Assembly: GCA_030390025.1 (NCBI GenBank)
Contig: CM059430.1
Location: 73,036,001-73,100,000 of the forward strand
Direction: 5' to 3'
From: Squalus acanthias
Lineage: Eukaryota
DNA length: 64,000 nucleotides
Part shown: positions 50,447 through 60,147 of the stretch, one piece after another
Numbering within the stretch: position 1 is the stretch's first letter
Layout of the letters: every line of letters starts with the position of its first letter
The notes under the pieces: generated by a model
What the model was told of the DNA's origin: nothing
Databases searched by the model: none
The model's input: the letters and a program-made list of their open reading frames with translations, nothing else
Program-made: the position numbers and the translations under genes

Positions 50447-52419
50447 TTGTCAGCCTCCTCTTTTAGTGAAGACAGAGGCAAAGTATTAATTTAGTACCTC
50501 ATCCATGCCCTCTGCCTCCACGTGATTTTCTTTTTCGTCCACAATTGTCCCCACCTTACCTTTGGCTGTTCATTTATTCTTTAATTTTTTATAAAATATT
50601 TTAGTTTTTCCTTTTATGTTTCCTATTAATCTATTATCCTAGCACATCTTATTTCCTTTTTGAGTTCTCCTCTGTACACTCTGTATTCAGCTTGATTCTC
50701 TATTATATTACGAAACAGATATTTATCTTAAGCCTTCATTTTTTGTTTCCTTTTAATCTCAATTTCCCTAGCGATGCCATTCCTTACCCCTGATCGGAAT
50801 ATATTTCGTCTTTAGCCGAACTGCCTCCTCGTTGATGTCCTCCCATTCCACAATTACTGTTTTACCTGCCAAACTTTGATTCCAGTCTTTGTTTACAATT
50901 CAGCTGGAACATATCCCTTTTCAACTCACTGAAATTAGAACTCCTCTAGTTGAGTATTTTGCCTTTGATTGTTCCTCATTCTTTTCAATAACTACTCTAA
51001 ACCTAGTGAAGTTGTGAGCACTGTTTCCCAAATGCTAAAACTTGCTCCACTGGCAACTTTATTCTCGAGCAGTAGATCTAAAACTGAATCTTTCCTCTTT
51101 GGGCTCGACACATAATGATCAAAAAGATTCTCCAGTGCACATTTCAGGAATTCTTTCCCCGTTTTGCCCTTTACATTGTTTGTTCCCCAGTCTATATGAG
51201 GATCATTGATGTCTTCCAACATCACTGTTGTTTTTTACAGCTTTCTGTCATTCTACTGAAGATTTTCCCTCTATCTCCTTCCTACTATTATTGGTCTATA
51301 CTATGCACACAGCAGCGTAAAACCTCATTTTCTGCTCCTTAACACTAACATAACTAATATAGATTCTGCCTTTGGACCCTCAAACAAATCATCATTTTTC
51401 AGGATTATAACAGTGTATATGATTCTGTATCTAATTCTGTATGTCTCTTTCTGTCCTCTGTGTAACTTGTTTATTCTCTCTTCGGCTTAGTTCCCCTTCC
51501 CATGCTAAATTAGTTTTAACACTCGCCCACAGCACGAGTTAACCTCCCTGCGAGCACGTTTGTCCCAGCCCTGTTCAGGTGCAACCCGAGCATCTTGCAT
51601 AGGTCCCTCCTGCCCCAGAACAGGTTCCAATATCCCAGGAATCGGTAGCACGCACAAGTGAGTATAGACATAGGTTAGAACAGACGAATGCGCGGCTGGA
51701 GAGATGGTGCAGGAGTGAGGGCTTCAGATTCCTGGGGCTTGCAGACAGGTTCTGGGAGAGGTGAGACCACTACAGGCCGGGCGGGTAGCACCCCAAAAGA
51801 GCAGGTACCAATATCCACGCGGGGAGGTTTGCTAGTGCTGTTGGGGAGGGTTTAAACAAATTTGGCAGGGGCATGGGTGCAAGGATGTAACATCAGAAAT
51901 GGGAAATAAAGTGATCAAAGGATTGAGCCAGGCAGAGAGCACTAAAGTAAAACATAGTAAGGTATTAGGTGTGGTCCATCTGAGATAGAATACATGATTA
52001 TCTAAGATGGGTTTATACTGTATGTATGTGAACACACGAAGCGTAATAAACAAGGCAAGTGAGCTGCAGGCACAAATAGCCGCATGGGAATATGATATTG
52101 TGGCAATAACTGAGACCTGGCTCCAATGAGGGCAGGCTTATGTATTAAACATTCCTGTTTATAACGTGGTCAGGAAAGATAGAGAATGAAAGATAGGAGG
52201 TGGAGTGGAAATATTGGTTAAGGAGAAGGTTACAGTGCTGGAGAGGGGGGATGTCCTGGAGGGGTTAAGGACAGAATCTATATGGCTAGAGTTAAGAAAT
52301 AATAGAGGTGCCATTACACTACTAGGTGTATTCTGTAGACCACCAAATAGTGGGAAAGATATGGAGGAGCAAATTTGCAGAGAAATTACACAGAGGTGCA
52401 ATAAATATATAGTAGTAAT

Positions 52420-52613
52420 TGTCGTAAGAATGAGCCTTACGCGTGGTGAACTTAAAGTAAGCTTTAATCAACTAAAAAGGTGCTACATACAAAAGAGGTC
52501 TTACTCTATGCCTCTCCAGGATCCAACTGCTCAGTCCAGTATTTATCCTGGACTAATCACAGGAAGTGATGCAATAAAGTTCGAGTCACAGGAAGCTGTA
52601 TTGTGTTACCACA
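52420..52613 (-). repeat. Gypsy 3' LTR
   Basis: Direct repeat of 57057-57250, preceded on the minus strand by a G-rich PPT. Confidence 0.97.
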
Positions 52614-52767
52614 TTCTCCCCCCCCCAAAAGATTAGGAGGCCGGGATGCTCCCTCCATTTCGTAGCCGCCGGACGAGGGAGAGCCGCACCCGTTTGGGTT
52701 CTCGTAGTGGTAGAGGGCCCCTAGCCCGTTTACCCGCCGCGGGCCGTGGACCAGAGTCCGAGTGATC

Positions 52768-53157
52768 CATAGAAACATAGAAACATAGAATCTAGGAGCA
52801 GGAGTAGGCCATTCGGCCCGTCGAGCCTGCTCCGCCATTCAATACGATCATGGCTGATCATCCAAATCCAGTACCCTGTCCCTGCTTTAATCCCCACAGT
52901 ACACATATCCCACCCTACCCCCATAACCCCACATATTTAATCCCCCCTAACACTAAGGGTCAATTTATCATAGCCAAATCAACCTAACCCACACATTTTT
53001 GGACTGTGGGAGGAAACCGGAGCACCCGGAGGAAACCCACGCAGACACGGGGAGAATGTGCAAACTCCACACAGACAGTCACCCGAGGTCAGATTCGAAC
53101 CCGGGTCTCTGGCGCTGTGAGGCACCAGTGCTAACCACTATGCCACCGTGTTGCCCC
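52768..53157 (-). mobile_element. HE1-like tRNA-derived V-SINE inserted in the Gypsy integrase tail
   Basis: A box TGGCATAGTGG, B box GGTTCGAATC, V-domain GTGGAGTTTGCACATTCTCCCCGTGTCTGCGTGGGTTTCCTCCGGG, and CR1-derived tail (ctatgttt)n. Confidence 0.9.
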
Positions 53158-56100
53158 AGCCCGCTCTGTGAGGGGTCAGGACGATCCTGACTGTGTACTG
53201 GTGCCCGAACGGGTGTCGGGCAGGGCTGTGGCAGATCCTTTTCCGAGCGTATGGTACGGGGTGGATCGTGGCTGCGCGTGCGAGCCCCGACGGGCTCATA
53301 GTCAGTCTGCCCCAGGTCGGCACGCTGGAGTGAGGTACCAGCCGGCGTCAGATCCAGATCGTGATGAGAGGCACCTGGCGAGCCCAGAGATGTGCCTGGT
53401 ACAATATCATCCCCTGGTGTCCCTCTATGTTTCGGCGGGCAGGGAGCCAGATCCCGCAATGACACGGTAGATTCCCGACCGTCAGGATACCGAATATAGG
53501 CGTAGGTAGGGTTGACGTCAGTGAGCTCAACCTCATCTACCAGGGGGTCATTCTTAGACGCCCGGACATATCTTCGGAGTAGCACTGGTCCCGGTGCAGT
53601 CAGCCACGATGGGAGAGATATCCCATAGGATGAGCGACGCTGAAATCGGAAGAACCGTTCATGAGGCGTCGTATTTGTGGCGGTCGAAAGGAGGGACCGT
53701 GTGGAGTGTAATGCATCTGGAAGTACTGCTTCCCATTGCTGGTTGGGTAGGCCCCGAGATCTCAAAGCCAGACGTACCGCATTCCAGATGATAGCGTTAA
53801 AACGCTCGACTTGCCCATTCCCGATCGGATGATAAGGCGTCGTTCTGCTGGCAGCAATATCCCATTCCGAGAGATAGGCCTTGAGTTCTCCTGACATAAA
53901 AGAAGGGCCCCAATCCGAAGGAACATAGGATGCCATGCCACAGAAAGCAAATACCTGCTCAAGGCAGCTGATAACCGTGGTCGTCAGCATATTGGGGCAG
54001 GGAAAGGCAAACGGAAAACGGGAATACTCAACCACCATGGTCAATAGATAAGTGTTGCGAGTTGAAGAGGGCAACGGCCCCTTAAAATCGATGCTAAGCC
54101 TTTGCATTGGCTGGGTCGCATGTATGAGTATACCACCCGAGGGGCGGAAAAACTGAGGTTTCAATTCCGCACAGACTCTGCAGTCCGAGCACATCTTCTT
54201 TACATCCCCGGTAGAGAATGGGAGATTTCGGGACCGCACGAAGTGTAGCATGCGAGTAACGCCCGGATGACACAACCCATCATGGATGTCTACGAGCGTA
54301 GAGGGTGCCATGGCGGAGCAGAATGCTCGTGTGAGGGTATCCGGAGCCACATTCTCCTTGCCAGGTCGATAGTGGATGGTGTAACCAAAAGAGGCCAATT
54401 CCAGCCGCCAAAGCTGGATTTTATTATTTTTAATTTTGGTCCGTTTTCGATTATCGAGCATGAAGGCGACCGATCGCTGGTCCGTGATTAAGCTAAAGTG
54501 CTGGCGAGCTAGGAGATGAGTCCACTTCCGTACTGCCTCTATGATGGCTGTAGCTTCTTTCTCGACTGGAGGATAATGTAGCTCAGCCCCTTGAAAAGTC
54601 CTGGACAAAAATGCCACCGGACGACCTTCCTGATTCAGAGTGGCCGAGATCGCCACCTCCGAGGCATCACACTCAACCACAAAAGGAAGTCTCTCATCGA
54701 TGGAGTGAAGAGCCGCTTTCTCCAACTGTTTTTTCAGGAGGTTAAAGGCTGCAACAGCCGCTGTGTCTAGTGGGAATGTGCTGGCCTTCAGTTGAGGTTG
54801 GATTCGGTCCGAGAAGTTAGGAATCCATTTAGCATAGTATGCAAACAGGCCGAGGGCCCGGCGCAAGGAGGCCGGATTCTTAGGTGGCGGGAGCTCTTGG
54901 AGTGGGTGAAGCCTTTCAGGGTCAGGTTTAATGATGCCATTGCCCACACAATAGCCAAGGATGTTGATGCTTGGTTGTGACTCAATGGATTTAGCCGCAT
55001 TTAATGTCAAATTACGGTGCTGGAGTGCATCCCAAAATCGTTGGAGATTGGCGTCATGTTCCCGCTGATTGCGACCTGCGACAGTAATATTGTCCAGATA
55101 AGGAAACGTATCCTTCAAGTCTTCCTGTTTGACCAGGTCATCCATTGCTCGCTGGAAGACAGCCACTCCATTAGTGACCCCAAAGGGGACGCGACGAAAT
55201 TGATACAGCCGTCCATTGGCTTCAAAGGCCGTATACTGCTTGTCTGAGACCTTCAAGGGTACCTGATGATAGGCACTTTTCAGATCATATGTTGAGAACA
55301 CCGTGTACTCAGCCAGTTTATTAACCACATCATCGATGCGCGGCAATGGGTATGCGTCCAAGTCCGTATATTGATTGATGGTCTGTGAATAGTCAATGCA
55401 CAGCCGTTTCTTGTGAGGTTGTAGAGGGTTCTTAACAATAACGACCTGGGCGCGCCATGGCGACGAACAAGGCTCGATGATATCCTCTGCTAAAAGCCGA
55501 GAAATCTCAGCCGCAATAAAAGACTGGTCTTCCTGACTGAAACGTCGTGACTTTGTTATAATCGGTTTGCATCGAGGAGGGATACTGGTAAACAGTGAGG
55601 GTTCATCCAGTGAAGCTGCTGACAATGCACAGAACGGTAATCGAGGTCGTATATTAGAAATAGTGAGTTCAGGTTTGGATCCGCCGAACTCAATGGTGAG
55701 CTTCTTATGCTGCTTTTGAAAATCCAGCCCTAAGATAAGATCACTACATAAGTCCTTGAGCACCGAAAGCCGGGTGGAGGGATACCTGCGACCATTAAGT
55801 GTTATTTCAACCATACAAAAGCCAGAAATTCTGGTATTAAGTGATGACTGAGCCATCGCAATTGCCTGGTCCGATGGGAAAACATGTAGCTTTAACTCTG
55901 CAACAATCTGTTCCCTAATGAAACTATCAGTGCTACCTGAGTCAATTAAGGCATCTAAAGTATGTCCATTAATTGATGCTTTTGTAGCTGCATGGAATAG
56001 GTTCTGAGGACAAGCAGCTGTAATTGGTGTCGTTGCACAAAGAGTGGCTGAAACTCTAGGTGTGTTTCTTCGAGAGAAAACCCGAGAGGAAGCACGATAG

Positions 56101-56978
56101 ATTTTAGCCGGAACATCTTGATAGGCCCTTACCGGGGCAGTTCGGTAGGACTTAGCTTGATAAGCCCTCGTAGAGGCTCTTGATAGGCAAACCTTTGCAA
56201 AATGACCCTTTTTGTTGCAATGACTGCAAAACGCATTGCGAGCAGGGCAGAATTTCCGAGGGTGAAACTCATCACCACAAAAGAAGCATTTCTTAGATTG
56301 CCAAGAGGCTGCCACAGTGGGGTCATCATCCTCTTCATCAGTGAAGTCATCAGATTGATCGTCAGGGATAAAGTCCTCCCTAATAGAGTTCACCTGTGGC
56401 CTCTTAAATTGCCTGACTGTAGTTAAGGCAGCAGACCGAGGTCTGGGCACTGTATAAAGGTCTGCATTTCTTTTTGCCAGATCTAGAGAGCAAGCCATGT
56501 CATAAGCTCTCTGAAGCTCAAGTGTCTTACTTTCCAGTAGACGCTGGCGTATAAATGGGGAGGCAAGCCCGCAGATGAAAGCATCACGGATCATTTCTTC
56601 ACGGTACAGCTCAGCTGAGGCCGCCTGAAAGTTACAGTCCATACTAAGTCTGCGAAGCTCTTGGAGGAATTTATCAATGGATTCCTCCGGCCCTTGTTGG
56701 GCTGTAGCTAGTAGATGTCTGGCATAGACCTCATTCGGTGTCTTAGTATATAGTCTTTTAAGCGTCCGAATTGCCTCCTCGTAACTGCCCCATTCCTCAA
56801 CATACTGAAATACATTCGGAGTGACACAGTTGATGAGTATCCGCAACTTTGTGTCATCATCAGCCTTGCAATATTCGAGAAAATTGTCAAACGTGCGATA
56901 CCAGTGTTTCCACACCTTACCGGCTGCTGGGGTGTTTGGGTCCAAGTCAAGACGCGATGGTTTAAGGATGTTTTCCAT
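53079..56978 (-). CDS. Gypsy Gag-Pol polyprotein, 1299 aa (last ~26 aa are SINE-derived)
   Basis: Two CCHC knuckles, protease LIDSGS, RT YLDN, RNase H CDAS..EKEA..TD, integrase HHCC and D-D-E, in the order PR-RT-RH-IN. Confidence 0.96.
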   Translation of the reverse strand: MENILKPSRLDLDPNTPAAGKVWKHWYRTFDNFLEYCKADDDTKLRILINCVTPNVFQYVEEWGSYEEAIRTLKRLYTKTPNEVYARHLLATAQQGPEESIDKFLQELRRLSMDCNFQAASAELYREEMIRDAFICGLASPFIRQRLLESKTLELQRAYDMACSLDLAKRNADLYTVPRPRSAALTTVRQFKRPQVNSIREDFIPDDQSDDFTDEEDDDPTVAASWQSKKCFFCGDEFHPRKFCPARNAFCSHCNKKGHFAKVCLSRASTRAYQAKSYRTAPVRAYQDVPAKIYRASSRVFSRRNTPRVSATLCATTPITAACPQNLFHAATKASINGHTLDALIDSGSTDSFIREQIVAELKLHVFPSDQAIAMAQSSLNTRISGFCMVEITLNGRRYPSTRLSVLKDLCSDLILGLDFQKQHKKLTIEFGGSKPELTISNIRPRLPFCALSAASLDEPSLFTSIPPRCKPIITKSRRFSQEDQSFIAAEISRLLAEDIIEPCSSPWRAQVVIVKNPLQPHKKRLCIDYSQTINQYTDLDAYPLPRIDDVVNKLAEYTVFSTYDLKSAYHQVPLKVSDKQYTAFEANGRLYQFRRVPFGVTNGVAVFQRAMDDLVKQEDLKDTFPYLDNITVAGRNQREHDANLQRFWDALQHRNLTLNAAKSIESQPSINILGYCVGNGIIKPDPERLHPLQELPPPKNPASLRRALGLFAYYAKWIPNFSDRIQPQLKASTFPLDTAAVAAFNLLKKQLEKAALHSIDERLPFVVECDASEVAISATLNQEGRPVAFLSRTFQGAELHYPPVEKEATAIIEAVRKWTHLLARQHFSLITDQRSVAFMLDNRKRTKIKNNKIQLWRLELASFGYTIHYRPGKENVAPDTLTRAFCSAMAPSTLVDIHDGLCHPGVTRMLHFVRSRNLPFSTGDVKKMCSDCRVCAELKPQFFRPSGGILIHATQPMQRLSIDFKGPLPSSTRNTYLLTMVVEYSRFPFAFPCPNMLTTTVISCLEQVFAFCGMASYVPSDWGPSFMSGELKAYLSEWDIAASRTTPYHPIGNGQVERFNAIIWNAVRLALRSRGLPNQQWEAVLPDALHSTRSLLSTATNTTPHERFFRFQRRSSYGISLPSWLTAPGPVLLRRYVRASKNDPLVDEVELTDVNPTYAYIRYPDGRESTVSLRDLAPCPPKHRGTPGDDIVPGTSLGSPGASHHDLDLTPAGTSLQRADLGQTDYEPVGARTRSHDPPRTIRSEKDLPQPCPTPVRAPVHSQDRPDPSQSGLGQHGGIVVSTGASQRQRPGFESDLG

Positions 56979-57056
56979 GATGGGTGATTCCCTGGATCCT
57001 TAGTTCCGAGTTCGTCCAAAAAGTTTGAGTGCGAAGTTTTTCAAAGTTGATTAAAT

Positions 57057-57250
57057 TGTCGTAAGAATGAGCCTTACGCGTGGTGAACTTAAAGTAAGCT
57101 TTAATCAACTAAAAAGGTGCTACATACAAAAGAGGTCTTACTCTATGCCTCTCCAGGATCCAACTGCTCAGTCCAGTATTTATCCTGGACTAATCACAGG
57201 AAGTGATGCAATAAAGTTCGAGTCACAGGAAGCTGTATTGTGTTACCACA
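57057..57250 (-). repeat. Gypsy 5' LTR
   Basis: Direct repeat of 52420-52613. Confidence 0.97.
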
Positions 57251-58726
57251 GTAATTATGGGGGACTTCAACTATCCTAATAAAGACTGGGTTTTTAATAG
57301 TGTAAAGGGGAGAGAAGGTGAAGAATTGCTGAAGTGTGTTCAGGAGAACTTTCTTGATCAGCATGTTTCTGGCCCGACAAAGGATGTGGCATTGCTGGAT
57401 CTGGTTCTGGGGAATGAGGTAGCTCAAGTGGAGCAAATGTCAGTAGGTGAACTTTAGGGTGCAGTGGTCACAGTATCATACGATTTAGATTAGCTATGGA
57501 AAAGGACAGGGAGCAATCTAGAGTAAGAATGTATAACTGGGGGAAGGCCAATTTCAGTAGGGATGAGAACGGATCTGGCCCGGGTCAACTGGAATCAAAG
57601 ATTGACATGAAAAACTGTAGTGGAACAATGGCCTACCTTTAAAAGGAAATAGTTCTGGTACAGTCGAGGTACATTCCCACGACGGGGAAAGGTAGGGCAG
57701 CTAAAGTCTGAGCTCCCTGGATGATGAGACAAATAGCCAATACGATGAAGCATAAAAAGAGTGCATATGACAGATGTCAGGTTTGCAAATACATCTGAAA
57801 GTCAGGCTATATATAGAAAGCTCAGAAGAGAAGTGAAAAAGAAAATAAAAGGGACAAAGAGAGGATATGAAAATAGGATGGAAGCCAACATAAAAGTTAA
57901 TCCAAAAGTCTTCTGTAGGCATATAAATAGTAAAAGGTTCGTAAGAGGAGGGGTGGGGCCGATTAGGGACCGAAAAGGAGACCTATGCATGGAGGCAGAG
58001 GGTATGGCGGAGGTACTACATTAGTACTTTGCATCTTTCATCACCAAGGAAGAGGATGCTGCCATAGACATAGTGACGGAGGAGGTAGTGGAGACACTTT
58101 ATAGTAGAAAAATTGATTATTAAGAGGTATTAGACTTGCTGGCTGTACTTTAAGTAGATAATTCACCAGGAGCAGATGGGATGCATCCTCGGATGCTGAG
58201 GGATTTGAGGGCGGAAATCAAAGAGGTACTGGCCACAATATTCCAATCGTACATAGAGAAGGGCATGGTGCCAGAGAACTGGAGAATTACAACTGTTACA
58301 CCATTGTTCAAAAAAGGGTGTAAAGCTAATCCCAACAACTACAGGCCAGTCAGTTTAATCTTGGTCGTGGGGAAGCTTTTAGAAACAGAAATCAGTGACA
58401 AAATTAACAGTCACTTGGATAGGTGTGGATTAATTAAGGAAAGCCAGCACGGATTTGTTAAAGGCAAATCGGGTTTAACCAACTTGATCGAGTTTTTTGA
58501 TGAGGTAGCAGAGAGCGTTGATGAGGGCAATGCAGTTGACATGGTGTACATGGATTTCAAAAAGGTTTTCAACAAAGTGCCAGGTAATAGGCTCGCCAGC
58601 AGCGTTGAAGCCATGGAATAAAAGGGACAGTAACAGCATGAATACTGAATTGGTTAAGTGGCAGGAAACAGAGAGTAGTGGTGAGCAGTTGTTTTTCGGC
58701 CTGGAGGAAATATACAGAGTTGTTCC

Positions 58727-59847
58727 TGTAAGGGGTTCTTAAGTGAACGGTTCGAATCGACCAACACCCCTCCGGTTCCTAGACTTTGGGCTTATTTAGG
58801 GGTTGTGAACAAAATTGCAGTAAACAGGTTCTGATGAAAGAAATTTACTTTATTAAAAGAAAAAAAGGTAACAAACTTGAAACACACATATTACTTAAAC
58901 ACAGATTCGGGGAACACACGGTACAAGCGAGGGAAATGACAATATATCAAACAAAACATTATCCCTCCCAAATATCCCACTATCTGGCTAGGTTTTTGGT
59001 TTCAGGAGATCAGGGATAATGCTCACCAACGAATCCTTGACAGTATATTGGAGACCTTTTGTTTAAAAGGACTCCGGAAGGCCCTTATGGTTTCTTCTTG
59101 CGTGCTGGTCTTCTTCGTCGTGGCTTGTGGTAAGTGTTGCTGGAGCAGGGAGAGAGCTGTGTCCGCGTTGCCAGTCAGTCCAAAAAGATAGAGATTATGG
59201 CACAGGCTTTCAAATTATACTGTTTCTTTTTCCCGCTCAAAAACCCCATACTAAAACGAATTCCTTTTTGAATGTAAATGACCCTTGCTTCGTCCAATTG
59301 TCTAGTCTTTGGCGGGCCTGCCAGTTCCGATGGTTTTTGCTTAGTGTTAATCGCTTTCCTATTTAAAACACGGCCTTATCTACGCGCCAAATCTTCACTC
59401 GATTGTCCTTCTGTTGGTGGGCTTGTAAATCGGTTATCTGGATACCTGGTTGATTGTTTTTTTGGATGAGATAATGGCTATGAAACTGTGTGATCAAAGT
59501 TATATTGTCATTGAATCGTTTTTAGATTACCAGCATCTTGTTTGCCCCTGGGAATCCATATTTGAATGTGTTTGTGAGTTTTGCATTGTCTCAAACAACT
59601 CCCAGACAGCTTGATCCGTTCACTGACCGGCCACGCCCCTCGCAGCTTGTCTGTGAAAAAAAAATGTCTCTCCCAACAAGAAGATTTAAAAAAAATCAGT
59701 TTCTGCAGGTTTTCTTCTTGTGATCTTTAGGTTTTTACATCAAATCACTTCACTGAGGTCCCATCATCCCAAGTTTATATGAAAAATCCAAAAATCACTC
59801 CCTTTAGGGCTCTGTTCGAGTTTCTGGGGGATTTTGCGAAGCCTACA
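58727..59847 (-). repeat. Putative 3' LTR (~1.1 kb) of the retrovirus-like element
   Basis: Minus strand TGTAG...TTACA, preceded by PPT AAAGTGGGGGA; AATAAA at 58849-58854; abrupt junction with CR1. The partner LTR is not in the window. Confidence 0.75.
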
Positions 59848-60147
59848 TCCCCCACTTTGATACTAACACTGAATTAGTATCATTAATAGGTGAGCCAAAT
59901 TTCCGATCCCCGAAAACCAACCTTCCCCTGTATTACCTAAACTAAAAACCCAAACATTCATTCCCCTTTTGAAAGTGGTGTTTCAGGTACATACAGATAA
60001 GAATCAATCTTTATTTCACATCCAAGCACGGAGATGGTCCGACACCCCTGCACAGCTTGAAAAAAAACCACATTATACACATCATAAAAATGACACAACA
60101 CACATACAAATTTTTTTATTAAAACTCAAAATTCAAGGTTCATTCCA

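Larger units (their letters stand above)
46545..51640 (-). mobile_element. Degraded CR1 LINE with DNA-element insertions
   Basis: GIEYKSKEV..LVRPHLENCVQF, SPSPDVMQSRILRE and ENLFDHYV..LDLLL peptides. Confidence 0.8.
52420..57250 (-). mobile_element. Full-length young Ty3/Gypsy LTR retrotransposon
   Basis: Two 194-bp TG...CA LTRs identical by eye; GTAAT TSD (52415-52419, 57251-57255); polypurine tract at ~52614-52627. Confidence 0.97.
51680..58726 (+). mobile_element. CR1 LINE hosting the Gypsy and retrovirus-like insertions
   Basis: ORF1 esterase end; APE (TESIWLEL, FCRPPNS | MGDFNYP) split by the Gypsy; RT (SQHGFVKGKS, YMDFKK) cut off by the ERV LTR. Confidence 0.9.

Noticed and set aside
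53085-53157. tRNA gene
   Set aside because: The A/B boxes belong to the SINE head
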